Notes: generated from the letters alone by a model not told the origin. 64,000 nucleotides of DNA from an uncultured Bacillota bacterium (GCA_949291945.1 CASEXH010000010.1:44482-108481); one strand, 5' to 3'. Counted from the first letter of the stretch, positions 39,708-49,915 are shown. A program made the numbers and translations.

Positions 39708-40384
39708 TCCAGATAATACCCCTTTCCCTTCTTTGTATGGATACAGGAAATCCCCGGTGCAAAATCAGCGATCTTTGCCCGAAGCCTGGATACCAGCACC
39801 GTAAGAGAAGCATCTGTCACATACTCATCTGTGCTCCAGAGGTACTCCATAAGCTGCTCTCTTTCCACAATTTTTCCCCGGTTATCTGCCAGCAGTCCCA
39901 GGATCTTGTTCTCCGATCTGGTCAGTTCTGCCGTCTGCCCCTGATATGCCAGATTGCCCTGTCCCCGGTCATACAGAAGCCCTTCCGCCAGATATTCCCG
40001 GTCGATAGCTGTATATTCATAGGCCCTTCGCAGCAGGGACCGTATTTTCACCAAAAGCAGCTCTCCGTCAAAAGGTTTTTCCACATAATCATCTCCCCCT
40101 GACACCATAGCCATGACCTTATCGCTGTTCTGATCTCTGCTGGAAAGGAAAAGGATGGGCACCCGGGACAGCTTCCGGATCTCCTTTGCCCAGTAAAATC
40201 CATCATAAAAAGGCAGGTTGATATCCATAAGGATCAGATCTGCCTGCCTTTTCCTGAATTCTCTGTCCACAGCCTGAAATTCTTCCAGATATTCTGCATC
40301 AAAGCCCCATTTCCGGCAAAGCCTCACTATTTCTTCCGCCAGGGTCAGGTCGTCTTCTACAAGTAAGATTTTCATATTCATCAC
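39704..40384 (-). CDS. BceR-type OmpR-family response regulator
   Basis: MDINLPFYDGF, GGDDYVEKPF and a C-terminal wHTH. Confidence 0.92.
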   Translation of the reverse strand: MMNMKILLVEDDLTLAEEIVRLCRKWGFDAEYLEEFQAVDREFRKRQADLILMDINLPFYDGFYWAKEIRKLSRVPILFLSSRDQNSDKVMAMVSGGDDYVEKPFDGELLLVKIRSLLRRAYEYTAIDREYLAEGLLYDRGQGNLAYQGQTAELTRSENKILGLLADNRGKIVEREQLMEYLWSTDEYVTDASLTVLVSRLRAKIADFAPGISCIHTKKGKGYYLE

Positions 40385-40447
40385 CTGGCAATATTGTAAC
40401 CTGTTTACAGAAAAATTTCGATATAAATTTCCAACCTTGCAAAAATG

Positions 40448-41851
40448 TTAGATTTCCTCCCCATCTTTCGGAAGCAAAATCTTCACCAGAAATCCTCCCC
40501 GGGGAGAGTGATCCAACACCACCTTTCCTCCATGGGCCTGGGCGATCTGCCTTACGATCAGCAGTCCCAGGCCGTGGCGCTGCTCCCCGGTGCTGCTGTC
40601 ACAGACCATATAGTGAGGCGCACTCCGTATAGACCGGAGTTCTTCTTCAGTAACCCCCACCCCATCGTCTGAGACGATCAGGGCATACATTTGCGCCTCT
40701 TCTTTTACTTCCACTCCAATGGTACAGCCCCTGGGATTGTGTACCTGAGCGTTGGTGATCAGATTGGATATGGCCCGTTTCAGAAGGTCCGGGTCCCCGT
40801 CTATCATCATAGGCCCTGTATCCTCCTCCGTGTTCCAGACAATAGGGTAATCCGCCGCATTGTCCAGGTTCAGAAAATCTACCGCCACTGTTCTGGCAAG
40901 AGCCACCAGATCTGTCCTCTGCCGCTTTACAGGCTGGACATTATATTCCAGTTTGGAGGCCAGATTCAGATCATTGATGAGATTTTTCATCCGTATACTC
41001 TGCTGCCGGATGATCCCGGCCTTTTGTCTGGCTTCTTCAGGGAGACCGGTGTCTTCCTCCAGAGTACTGGCGTGACCCATGACCATAGAAAGCGGCGTCC
41101 GGATATCGTGGGATACTCCGGCGATCCAGTTGGCTCTGGCTGTTTCTTTCTTCCGCAGGGCGTAATTCTGGGTCTTGAGCTTTTCTGACACCCGGTTAAT
41201 AGAAGCCGCCAGCTGAGACATGAGACCTTTTTCCGGAATATACACTTCCTTCTGTTCCCCCAGGGCCTCAATTCCCTGGACAATGGGCTTTACGGAACGG
41301 ATAATACCGGAGGTTGCCACTGCATAGACAATAATGATAAAGACCAGGTTAAAAGCCAGGAATTCCAGAATCATATAGCCGAAATTCCGGATCAGCTCAT
41401 AGTCAAAAGTGGGCCACATGAGCTTAAAATATCGGTCCTTTGGAAATCCAAGGAACAGAAGGTTCTCTCCCTGAGGGGATACTGTGGTGGGATAATCCTG
41501 GATATATCCCCGGACTGCCCAGGATATTTCTCCCAGGGTGTAATGCCTCGGGATCTCCTGAGGCAGGTCCGGAGTGGACCAGATCACATTTCCTGTATTA
41601 TTCTCCACCAGGATCCCCCAGGCTCCCGCCTGTTCCAGAACCTTCTCTCCTTCCTCGGAAAGAACATAGCTTCCATCCTCAGAAAGACTGAGAGCTGCTG
41701 CAACCTCCTCCGCCTGCAGCCATCCGCTGGAATCCCGCCCCTGATTCCAGGTTATGATCATCAAAAATAACAGGTTCAGCAGGACTCCAAGAACAATCGA
41801 AATGATCAATATAGAACAGAATTTCCGGATCAGTTTTGTGGTGCTGTTCAT
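40448..41851 (-). CDS. Sensor histidine kinase (LanK-like)
   Basis: SHDIRTPL, NLITNA, DDGVG, GLGL. Confidence 0.9.
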   Translation of the reverse strand: MNSTTKLIRKFCSILIISIVLGVLLNLLFLMIITWNQGRDSSGWLQAEEVAAALSLSEDGSYVLSEEGEKVLEQAGAWGILVENNTGNVIWSTPDLPQEIPRHYTLGEISWAVRGYIQDYPTTVSPQGENLLFLGFPKDRYFKLMWPTFDYELIRNFGYMILEFLAFNLVFIIIVYAVATSGIIRSVKPIVQGIEALGEQKEVYIPEKGLMSQLAASINRVSEKLKTQNYALRKKETARANWIAGVSHDIRTPLSMVMGHASTLEEDTGLPEEARQKAGIIRQQSIRMKNLINDLNLASKLEYNVQPVKRQRTDLVALARTVAVDFLNLDNAADYPIVWNTEEDTGPMMIDGDPDLLKRAISNLITNAQVHNPRGCTIGVEVKEEAQMYALIVSDDGVGVTEEELRSIRSAPHYMVCDSSTGEQRHGLGLLIVRQIAQAHGGKVVLDHSPRGGFLVKILLPKDGEEI

Positions 41852-41854
41852 TTC

Positions 41855-42556
41855 CTACTCCTTTACCATCAGTTTATATCCCAGCCCCTTTACCGTGATC
41901 AGGGACACCGGTTTCGATGGGTTTTCTTCAATCTTCTCCCGTATCCGGCGAATATGGGCCATAAGAGAGTTTTCATATCCATAGGGATTATCTCCCCACA
42001 CAGCCTGGCACAGCATATCTATGGTCACGATCTTTCCTCCGTTCCGGTAAAGAGCCGACAGAAGGGCAAATTCCTTTGCCGTAAGAGGCAGCTGTTCCTC
42101 TCCTTTGATCACCTGGGCTCGCTCAAAATCAATACTGCATCCTGCCAGCCGAACCACAGGCTGTTCTTCCTTATAACACCTCCTGAGGATTACTCCTATA
42201 CGAAGGGTCAGTTCCTTTGGTAGAAAAGGTTTTACAATATAGTCATCCGCTCCCAGGCCCAGCCCCAGAAATTTATCTTCCTCCTCCCCTCTTGCGGTTA
42301 GAAACAGCACAGGAATGTCTGATCCTTCCCGAATCTTCTCAAAAAGCCCAAACCCGTCCCCATCAGGCAGCATCACATCCAGCACCGCCATTTCCGGCGT
42401 CCATTCCTGAAAAACTTCCAGAGCCTCCTTTACTGAAGCCGCTCTGCGTATATTCCGGTACCCTTCTTTGACCAGGATCCCCTCTACCATAGACAGCAAT
42501 TCCGGCTCATCATCTACCAAAAGTATCTTTTTATTCTTTAAATATTCCAGATCCAT
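41855..42556 (-). CDS. OmpR-family response regulator (LanR-like)
   Basis: LDVMLPDGDG, GADDYIVKPF, HIRRIREKIE. Confidence 0.92.
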   Translation of the reverse strand: MDLEYLKNKKILLVDDEPELLSMVEGILVKEGYRNIRRAASVKEALEVFQEWTPEMAVLDVMLPDGDGFGLFEKIREGSDIPVLFLTARGEEEDKFLGLGLGADDYIVKPFLPKELTLRIGVILRRCYKEEQPVVRLAGCSIDFERAQVIKGEEQLPLTAKEFALLSALYRNGGKIVTIDMLCQAVWGDNPYGYENSLMAHIRRIREKIEENPSKPVSLITVKGLGYKLMVKE

Positions 42557-42777
42557 AAATTCTCCTCATTGCTTCCATAATTCTCTGGGCTCTGTCCCAT
42601 CAGTCAAAATCGAGAATATTTATACATTTTATTGCTCAGTCTGCGCCGCTTTGAGCCTATAGTCTCAAAGCTATGCTCGACAAATTCGCATAAAATGTAT
42701 TGGGACAGCGTACAGCCCCGGGAAGCCTCTTATATAGTACCACATATCTTGCACCTGTGTATCTCTTCCGGTTAAAA

Positions 42778-42832
42778 TGTAAGGTAAATGTAAGGCAGGG
42801 AGAATGTTGCCGTAAGGTTGCTGTTTTATACT
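42778..42832 (+). promoter_or_regulatory. OmpR-type direct repeats upstream of lanF
   Basis: TGTAAGG at 42778 and 42789 and CGTAAGG at 42811 (11-bp phase), followed by a -10-like TATACT at 42827. Confidence 0.65.
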
Positions 42833-42862
42833 GAGAATCAGCAAACGAAAGGAGCAAAAGAA

Positions 42863-43618
42863 ATGAATATTATCGAAACCCATAATCTCACAAAAAGATA
42901 CCGGGATTTTACCGCAGTAAATAAGCTGAATATGCATGTGAAGAAGAGCCAGGTCTACGGATTTCTCGGTCCAAACGGAGCGGGAAAATCCACCACCATG
43001 AAAATGTTCCTGGGACTTACCCGTCCCACCAGCGGGGATTTTCAGATAAAAGGCCTTTCCTATCCCAAAGACCGGATGGAGATCCTGAGACAGACGGGAG
43101 CTTTCATTGAATCTCCCACCTTCTACGGAAATCTCACCGGAGAAGAAAATCTGGAGATTATCCGCAGGATCCTGAAGCTGCCAAAAGCCAGCGTCCGGGA
43201 CGCTCTGGAGCTTACTGGTCTCTATGAATTCCGGAAACGGCTGGCCAGTAAATATTCCCTGGGTATGAAACAGCGGCTGGGGCTGGCGGAAGCTCTCCTG
43301 GGAAGGCCCCCTGTACTGATCCTGGATGAGCCCACCAACGGCCTGGACCCGGCAGGGATACATGAGATCCGTACCCTGATCCGGTCCCTGCCTCAAAAGT
43401 ATAACTGTACGGTGCTGGTCTCTTCTCATCTTCTCTCAGAGATCGAACTGATGGCTGATGATATCGGGATCCTGAACCATGGCCGCCTCCTCTTTGAAGG
43501 AACCCTTCCGGAACTGAAAGAGCAGGCCGCCCAGATGGGCTACCCCACAGACAATCTGGAAGACACTTTCCTGGCTATGATCCAGGAAGACAATCTGAAA
43601 CGAGGTGACAGAAAATGA
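42863..43618 (+). CDS. Lantibiotic-immunity ABC ATPase (LanF-like)
   Basis: GPNGAGKS, E-loop FIESP, YSLGMKQRL and DEPTNGLDP. ATG at 42863. Confidence 0.88.
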   Translation: MNIIETHNLTKRYRDFTAVNKLNMHVKKSQVYGFLGPNGAGKSTTMKMFLGLTRPTSGDFQIKGLSYPKDRMEILRQTGAFIESPTFYGNLTGEENLEIIRRILKLPKASVRDALELTGLYEFRKRLASKYSLGMKQRLGLAEALLGRPPVLILDEPTNGLDPAGIHEIRTLIRSLPQKYNCTVLVSSHLLSEIELMADDIGILNHGRLLFEGTLPELKEQAAQMGYPTDNLEDTFLAMIQEDNLKRGDRK

Positions 43619-44343
43619 TCCTTGCATTAGAAAGGAAAAAAATAAAACGCACCGGTCTTTTGCCTGCTTTTCTCGCCGGAGCTCTGGCTGTCTCAGCCTT
43701 TCCGGTGATCAATATGGCCTTCCGGACAGATCTGTTTATCAGCCAGGACCTACCCCCTGTGGACATTCTTCTCAATGGAAACTGGGATATGGCAGCTACT
43801 TTCCACTGTTTCCTGGCCATATTAGGGGCCTGTATCCTTTACCACACTGAATTTGCCAACCGGGCCATAGAAAAACTTTACATGCTGCCGGTAAACCAGG
43901 GAAAAGTCTTCTTCTGTAAGAACCTGCTTCTCCTGCTGCTGTTTCTTCCGGTATTCCTTATTGAAGACTTTTTTTTCCTCTTCTGTGCATGGCACTGGTT
44001 TCCCGGAAAAGACCCAGGTGTGGAAATACTTCTTAGAAATACGGCTTTTTCCTTGGCAGCCATCCTTCCGGTCCTGGTTTTGTCCACACTGATCGCTTCA
44101 CTGGCGAAAAACATGTGGATCTCCCTTGGGATCGGAGTCATCGGTATGTTTCTGGGGCAGATGACCGTATCTTATGATGCTCTGTTCTCCAAAGTCTATA
44201 CCTTCTGCCTGCCCTACCGGTGCCTGACCTCTTCTGCCCGGGCAGAAGATATTTTTCAGATCCTGGGGATCTGCGCCGCAGAGACCGTAATTTTCGCAGT
44301 TATAAAACTTTTTCTCATTAAGATCAGGAGGCAGCCTGTATGA
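43615..44343 (+). CDS. Lantibiotic-immunity permease (LanE-like)
   Basis: LERKKIKRT N-terminus and ~6 TMs; translationally coupled to lanF. Confidence 0.8.
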   Translation: MILALERKKIKRTGLLPAFLAGALAVSAFPVINMAFRTDLFISQDLPPVDILLNGNWDMAATFHCFLAILGACILYHTEFANRAIEKLYMLPVNQGKVFFCKNLLLLLLFLPVFLIEDFFFLFCAWHWFPGKDPGVEILLRNTAFSLAAILPVLVLSTLIASLAKNMWISLGIGVIGMFLGQMTVSYDALFSKVYTFCLPYRCLTSSARAEDIFQILGICAAETVIFAVIKLFLIKIRRQPV

Positions 44344-45107
44344 ATTTACTTACCATTTTTTCCATAGAACTGAAAAAAATACGCAGGACCCATATTGTCT
44401 GGGTCCTGCTGATCCCGCTGATTTTATTATGGATTCCTGCTGTATTAAACGTTGACTCTAACTTTTCCAACGCCGCCGGACTTTCCCCGGAAATGAATTT
44501 TTTCTTTCAGATGTATCTGGGCATGTCCTGGTTTCTGTATCCCGCCAGCCTGGTAGTAATCACCGTCATGCTGAACCAGCTGGAGCGGACCAATCAGGGT
44601 ATCTTGAAAATGCTGTCTCTGCCGGTATCTGCTGCTGAGCTGTGTCTGGGCAAGTTTCTGGTCCTGCTGCTTTTGTCCGCTTTTCAGATGGTTTGCATGG
44701 CAGCCCTGTATTATCCTGCGGCAGCTATAGCTTCCCACAGCGCCGGCTATGACTTTATCCTTCCTCTGTCCACAGTGCTGTATGAGACTCTGGTCATCTA
44801 TATCAGCTCCATACCTATGGCGTCCTTTTACTGGCTTATTGCCGTATGTATCCGGACTTCTGTATTTTCTGTAGGGATCGGCCTGGCAACCATTGTGCCC
44901 ACCGTGCTTTTCATCAACTCAAAGCTCTGGTTTGCCTACCCTATGTGCTATCCCTATTACATCATGGCCCAGCTGCTGGAACAGCCTCAGACACAGGTGT
45001 ATAACCTGTCTATAGACCTGTGTCCCCTGGTTCCCGTAGCTGTGGCTGTAACTCTTGTGTGCCTGATCCTATCCTGCCTGTGTTTCGGCAGATCAGAAAG
45101 GAGGTAA
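44340..45107 (+). CDS. Lantibiotic-immunity permease (LanG-like)
   Basis: IELKKIRRT, ~6 TMs and W.AYP.CYP; coupled to the upstream gene. Confidence 0.8.
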   Translation: MNLLTIFSIELKKIRRTHIVWVLLIPLILLWIPAVLNVDSNFSNAAGLSPEMNFFFQMYLGMSWFLYPASLVVITVMLNQLERTNQGILKMLSLPVSAAELCLGKFLVLLLLSAFQMVCMAALYYPAAAIASHSAGYDFILPLSTVLYETLVIYISSIPMASFYWLIAVCIRTSVFSVGIGLATIVPTVLFINSKLWFAYPMCYPYYIMAQLLEQPQTQVYNLSIDLCPLVPVAVAVTLVCLILSCLCFGRSERR

Positions 45108-45113
45108 TCTTTT

Positions 45114-45398
45114 ATGAAAAAAATAATTACTTTTGTCAGTCTGGTAATGGTCTTCCTGCCCTGGACCATTTTTCCCCTGCGGACCAATCCCTGGGCTCTT
45201 CAGTCTCCGGCAGCGGAGATCATTGTTTACAGCTACGCCGCCTTTATGATCTTCTCCGCAGTATTTACCACTGTGGCTTATGTTAAAGGCAAGGTAAAAA
45301 ACAAAGTCATGCAGATCGCCATGGTGATCAATGACATCTACGGCTTCACCGCTCTGTGTCTGCTGGTTCTGGCTGTAAATACGGCTATTGGGGGATAA
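45114..45398 (+). CDS. Small 3-TM membrane protein
   Basis: 94 aa with three hydrophobic segments; RBS AGGAGG; 6 bp after lanG. Confidence 0.75.
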   Translation: MKKIITFVSLVMVFLPWTIFPLRTNPWALQSPAAEIIVYSYAAFMIFSAVFTTVAYVKGKVKNKVMQIAMVINDIYGFTALCLLVLAVNTAIGG

Positions 45399-45414
45399 GG
45401 CTTTATAAAGAAAA

Positions 45415-47196
45415 CTACAGCAGTTCTAAAATCTGCTTTTTTAAGTAGCGGCCTACCACATTGGCAAAGTTGGAGAGATCCCGGATATAGGCAAAGTCCT
45501 TCCCGAAAATCTTTTTCTCTGCAGCCAGATCCTCCTCTTCCCCGGCAAAGACACCTAGCACGGCGATCTTCCGGTTTCTCAGCTTTCGGACTTCCCCTGC
45601 GGTATCCCGAAGGGCAAAGTCCAGACAGTATGGTTCTTTCTCCGGTTTTTTTGCCCCGGGAAGAGTATAGCCGGGATTCTGGCTTCCTGCCATAATATCG
45701 TTGGGCCTGCCGTCGCTTAAAAGGATCAGGATCTTATTTTCTTCCTTTCTCTGGTCCAGCCCTGCGGCGGCAGCCTTTATCGCCAGTCCGTCCCGGTTGT
45801 TGGCGGAACCGTAAAATTCAAAGATCCTCTGGTCCAGCTCCCGGTCTTCGTCAAAGTCCCGGAAAAGAGTCAATACTGTATAAGCCCCCAGGGTGCAGAA
45901 CCCGGTGACCTGATGGGGGATCCCGGCAATGCTGAGAGCTGCGCTTAAGATATAGCCCTGAAGAGCCACCTGACTCTGTCTGCCCTGCTGGGAACCGCTG
46001 GCATCGATCAGAATCTCCACAGCAAAGTCCGTATCTTCTCTCCGGATCTCTCTGGAAAAAAGCTTCCGGTTCCGTGTCCTGCCCAGATTCCACAGTTTGT
46101 TCACCTGGATACGTCCGTATTCACTGGAAAGAGTCTCTTTTTCCGATCTGGTAAGAAGAGCCCGCTTCAGCGTATTAGCCAGGGTCTGGATATTCTGCCT
46201 GGTGATCAGCTTTGTGCTCTCCAGGACCCGGAGATTTTCTCTTCGTACCTTTTTCACATACTCTCCTCTTGTGCTGTCTTTTCCATATCCATGCAGGATT
46301 CCCCTGGTGATGTGAAGGCGGCAGTCCTTGTGTGTCCCTGTGCAGACCTGCTGCTGAAGTTCCCGCAGAGCTCTGGCAGGGATGCAGCTTTCTCCATAAC
46401 TGCGGATAATATATTCCTCCATTTTATCAGAAGACTCCCTGTCCAGAAGGATCATAGAAGATCTGGGCTTTTCTCTCTTCCCATTGTCCTGAGGATCTAC
46501 ATGGCCGCTGAAGATATTTACCGGCGCTTCTTCCTCTGCTTCCCGCTCCTCTTCCCGGGCTTTTTCCTTATCTGTATATTCCTTCATATCCTGGTCTGAA
46601 CTCTTCAGTTCCCGGTCCAGGCCTTTGAAATCCTGGGCCAGTCTGTTTTCATAAGCTTCCCAGTAGATCTCTTCCAGACATTGACAAATATCCTCCACAG
46701 AATCTGTATCCTCTATGGCGGCGATCCTATCCAAGATCTTCTCCGGTCTTCCCTGGAACTTTTCTCCATAGAGAGCTTTCCTCAGATAGCAGTTTTCCAG
46801 ATAACCCCAGTCTGTATGAGTAAGGCGGAGGCTGTCCTTTTCCAGGGTATCCTGAAAGGCTGTTTTTCTCAGGTTCTCCACCCCGGGCCGCTCCCTCACC
46901 GCCTTTTTCCACACAGCGCTGTCAATACAGAGACCACCCAGAGCTTCCAGCACAGAAGGGATCATACCCTGATAGACTTTTTGGGCAAAAAAGGTCTGAT
47001 ACTTCTCTGTATCAAAATATTTCCGGAAGATTCCCTGGGCTACAGCCTCATAAAGGGCTATATAAGGAGACTTTTCCCAGGCTTTTACGTCCGCCGCCAT
47101 ATCCAGTTCATAATCCCCGCTTACTGCCCAGAGCAGGTTCTCCACCCGGCTCTGGATATCAAATACCCCATTTTCTCCTGTTTTTCTTTCATTCAT
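45415..47196 (-). CDS. VWA-domain protein (NorD/CobT-like)
   Basis: MIDAS motif DASGS, NRDG, LSDGRP. Confidence 0.85.
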   Translation of the reverse strand: MNERKTGENGVFDIQSRVENLLWAVSGDYELDMAADVKAWEKSPYIALYEAVAQGIFRKYFDTEKYQTFFAQKVYQGMIPSVLEALGGLCIDSAVWKKAVRERPGVENLRKTAFQDTLEKDSLRLTHTDWGYLENCYLRKALYGEKFQGRPEKILDRIAAIEDTDSVEDICQCLEEIYWEAYENRLAQDFKGLDRELKSSDQDMKEYTDKEKAREEEREAEEEAPVNIFSGHVDPQDNGKREKPRSSMILLDRESSDKMEEYIIRSYGESCIPARALRELQQQVCTGTHKDCRLHITRGILHGYGKDSTRGEYVKKVRRENLRVLESTKLITRQNIQTLANTLKRALLTRSEKETLSSEYGRIQVNKLWNLGRTRNRKLFSREIRREDTDFAVEILIDASGSQQGRQSQVALQGYILSAALSIAGIPHQVTGFCTLGAYTVLTLFRDFDEDRELDQRIFEFYGSANNRDGLAIKAAAAGLDQRKEENKILILLSDGRPNDIMAGSQNPGYTLPGAKKPEKEPYCLDFALRDTAGEVRKLRNRKIAVLGVFAGEEEDLAAEKKIFGKDFAYIRDLSNFANVVGRYLKKQILELL

Positions 47197-48082
47197 CAAA
47201 CACATCGCCCCTGTCCCAGGTTCCGGGTATCCTGGTCATGACCAGATCCCCGATCAGCTCTCTTTCAAAGGTATCAAAGGTCTTGTTGGTAATCCCCATA
47301 TCAATGGCTTCCCGAGGCGTCAGGCCTCCCCGTACCAGACGGAGGGCGCCGATCAGTCCTCTCATATCCACTGCCTTTGTGGATATCTCTCCATTCTGGG
47401 CCTTCAGCTGAAGATCCAGGAAAAGACCTGCAAACTGCTCCCTGGCCTCCCTGTGGATCCCCGGGAAAAGGTTTTCCAGAATCTGATACATCCGTTCCAT
47501 CGTGAGGGAAGGCATATGGATCACCATAAACCTGGATACCAGGGCCTCATTTAATTCCTTGGTCCCGGCGTATCCGTAATTCATGGTGGCAATAAATCTG
47601 GCGGCAGGGTGGAGAGAAATCCTGTCATACCCGGGGACGTCCAGGGTTCTGCGGAAATCCAGAACCTGATGGAGTACAGAAACTGCATCGCTTTTCGCCA
47701 TATTGATCTCGTCCAGGATCCCGAAGCCGCCCCATCTGGCGCACTGATAAATAGGGCCTTCCCGGAGCTTTACCTCATTATCTACAAAGGTGTCCGTTCC
47801 GATAAGGCTGCTGCTGTCTGTATTTACATGAAAAGAAATGTCATAAATGGGTCTCCCGAAGATCCAGGCCAAATTTTCCGCCAGCACATTTTTCCCCGTG
47901 GCCTTATCCCCGCAGAGAAGAAGGTTCTCCCCCTCCAGAAGAGCTGTCACCGCCCGGTTTAAGATCTCTGTTCCGTAAAAGGCCATAGAAGGCCTGGTAA
48001 CCCGGGATTTTGCCTGCCCCTCCACCGGATAGGTATTTTTAAATTCTTCCACTCTTTTTTGTAAGCTTTCTTTTAATTCCAT
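47189..48082 (-). CDS. MoxR-family AAA+ ATPase (NorQ/CbbQ-like)
   Basis: GDKATGKN, LDEINMAK, ATMN and ALVSRF. Confidence 0.9.
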   Translation of the reverse strand: MELKESLQKRVEEFKNTYPVEGQAKSRVTRPSMAFYGTEILNRAVTALLEGENLLLCGDKATGKNVLAENLAWIFGRPIYDISFHVNTDSSSLIGTDTFVDNEVKLREGPIYQCARWGGFGILDEINMAKSDAVSVLHQVLDFRRTLDVPGYDRISLHPAARFIATMNYGYAGTKELNEALVSRFMVIHMPSLTMERMYQILENLFPGIHREAREQFAGLFLDLQLKAQNGEISTKAVDMRGLIGALRLVRGGLTPREAIDMGITNKTFDTFERELIGDLVMTRIPGTWDRGDVFDE

Positions 48083-48220
48083 GATCCGCCTCCTCTTCCT
48101 GCGTATAAAATTTTCATATTCTCCGTGTCCAAAAGGTATCTTCCTGTTATGTTCTCAGTATACCAGAAAAGGCGTCCAAAAACTGTCACAAAACAGCTTT
48201 TTGGCGCCTTTTCTTTATCA

Positions 48221-48808
48221 TTATACGTGAGCTTTCCACATACACTCTGTAATTTTCATCTCTGTAAAAACTGCCTCAAAGGAAGAATCTTCAGGGCTGC
48301 AGGCATAGATCCCGAAGGAAATCTCCCCTGCCCCTTCTTCCAGATGGCAGATCCGCATCTGCTTAAAATTCTCTCCGTCGCCGGAACATTCTACACAGTA
48401 GTCAGACTCTCTTCTGCTCAGACGGTACCACATGGTCTTTATGGAAGCGTCAATGTCTGTAGTGGCCCAGTCAGAATACCCGTGATTTGTCACTACACTG
48501 CCCAGTCTCTGATATTCTTCATTTTCATATTCCACGGAAGCTTTCAGCCAGTTTTCACTGTTCTGGTAGAGCACCACGCCGCACTGATCAAAACGATGTT
48601 TGCTGGGAAACCGGGTTTTTACCACAAAGGAAAAATATTTTTCACTGGTCTTCATCTGAAGCACCGGGGCATTATCATTCTGAAACCCGTAATAAGTCCT
48701 CTGCCAAAGATCGGTTCCCGGTTCTGTGGTGATCCGTATTTCTCCATCCTTTATCTCATAGTTTTTTGGTTCTCTTGTCCAGATCAGATTTTCTTTTTTA
48801 AATTCCAA
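48221..48808 (-). CDS. DUF1349 (ConA-like) domain protein
   Basis: TDLWQRTYYGF, FDQCG, WLKASVE and GIYACSP. Probable TTG start at 48808 after AAAGGAG. Confidence 0.85.
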   Translation of the reverse strand: MEFKKENLIWTREPKNYEIKDGEIRITTEPGTDLWQRTYYGFQNDNAPVLQMKTSEKYFSFVVKTRFPSKHRFDQCGVVLYQNSENWLKASVEYENEEYQRLGSVVTNHGYSDWATTDIDASIKTMWYRLSRRESDYCVECSGDGENFKQMRICHLEEGAGEISFGIYACSPEDSSFEAVFTEMKITECMWKAHV

Positions 48809-48860
48809 AGTTCTCTCTCCTTTCAGGCTCTCTGCCGCCTGTTTGCTCTGTCTTCTTTTT

Positions 48861-49484
48861 TTATAAACTTTTGTTCTTCTTATACTGTGCTTCCTGTGCT
48901 TTCCAGTAAGCATGATCCTTATCTGTGATGGGGCGGATCACTCTGCAGGGATTTCCTGCCGCTACTACGCCGGAGGGGATATCTTTCGTCACCACAGATC
49001 CGGAACCGATAACTACATTGTTTCCAATAGTAACTCCCGGGTTGATCACAGTATTTCCTCCTACCCACACGCTGCTGCCGATCCGGATCTTCTTTCCGTA
49101 TTCCAGCTGGGTATTCCGTACTTCCGCATCTACAGGATGTCCTGCAGTATAGACAGAAACCCTTGGGCCGAAAAACACATTGTTGCCGATATTTACCTCA
49201 CAGACATCCAGAATGATACAGTCATAATTGGCGTAAAAATTTTCACCTACTGAAATGTGACAGCCGTAGTCGCAGCGGAAAGGGGGCTCGATCCAGAAAT
49301 TTTCTCCGGTCTTTTTCAGCAGTTCCTGGAAATATCCCCGGATCTGTTCCCTGTCCTCTCTGGAAGCTGTTGAAGCTGTGTTGATCAGCCAGGTAAGCCG
49401 TCTTGCTTTCTGATTGTCTGCTCCCAGTTCCGGGTCATTGGCAATATAGAGCTGCTCTGATAACATTAATTCTTTCTCTGTCAT
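48861..49484 (-). CDS. Sugar O-acetyltransferase (maltose/galactoside family)
   Basis: IEPPFRCDYG, hexapeptide repeats and GNPCRV. Confidence 0.93.
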   Translation of the reverse strand: MTEKELMLSEQLYIANDPELGADNQKARRLTWLINTASTASREDREQIRGYFQELLKKTGENFWIEPPFRCDYGCHISVGENFYANYDCIILDVCEVNIGNNVFFGPRVSVYTAGHPVDAEVRNTQLEYGKKIRIGSSVWVGGNTVINPGVTIGNNVVIGSGSVVTKDIPSGVVAAGNPCRVIRPITDKDHAYWKAQEAQYKKNKSL

Positions 49485-49915
49485 AGTTTTGTCCTCCATT
49501 TTTCTTCTACTGCTCTTTCAAACATTCCGGCAAAATAATATTCCGTTATATCCGGCACCCTTATAAACTCCGGAAGATTATTATAACTATTATATTAATC
49601 AAGTCAAGAACCTTTTCTGTTTATTCATAACTTCTTCACAATTCTTTTGAAATTTCAACACACTTTTTTCACAAATCCACGGTATAGTAATAATCAAACA
49701 AAGGCAGTTACCTTTTTTATATAGATAGACTTTTTTCTTTTTCATATGCCAGGGAGAAATCCCTGGCCCTCCTTTTTTATACGCAAAAAACTGCACCGGA
49801 AGGAAATCGGTTGGCCCTCACAACGGATCCCGCCTTTTCCCCGGTGCAGTTTTCTTATGTTCAATCTCTGATCTTCTTCTGATCATTTTCGGATTATCTT
49901 TTGTATATCTGATCA

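Noticed and set aside
49620-49680. Rex-box-like words (TTGTGAA...)
   Set aside because: Too many mismatches in the second half-site.
49599-49796. 65-aa ORF, including a possible RBS separated from an ATG by a hairpin
   Set aside because: AT-rich, non-coding-like composition that overlaps terminator hairpins; too speculative.
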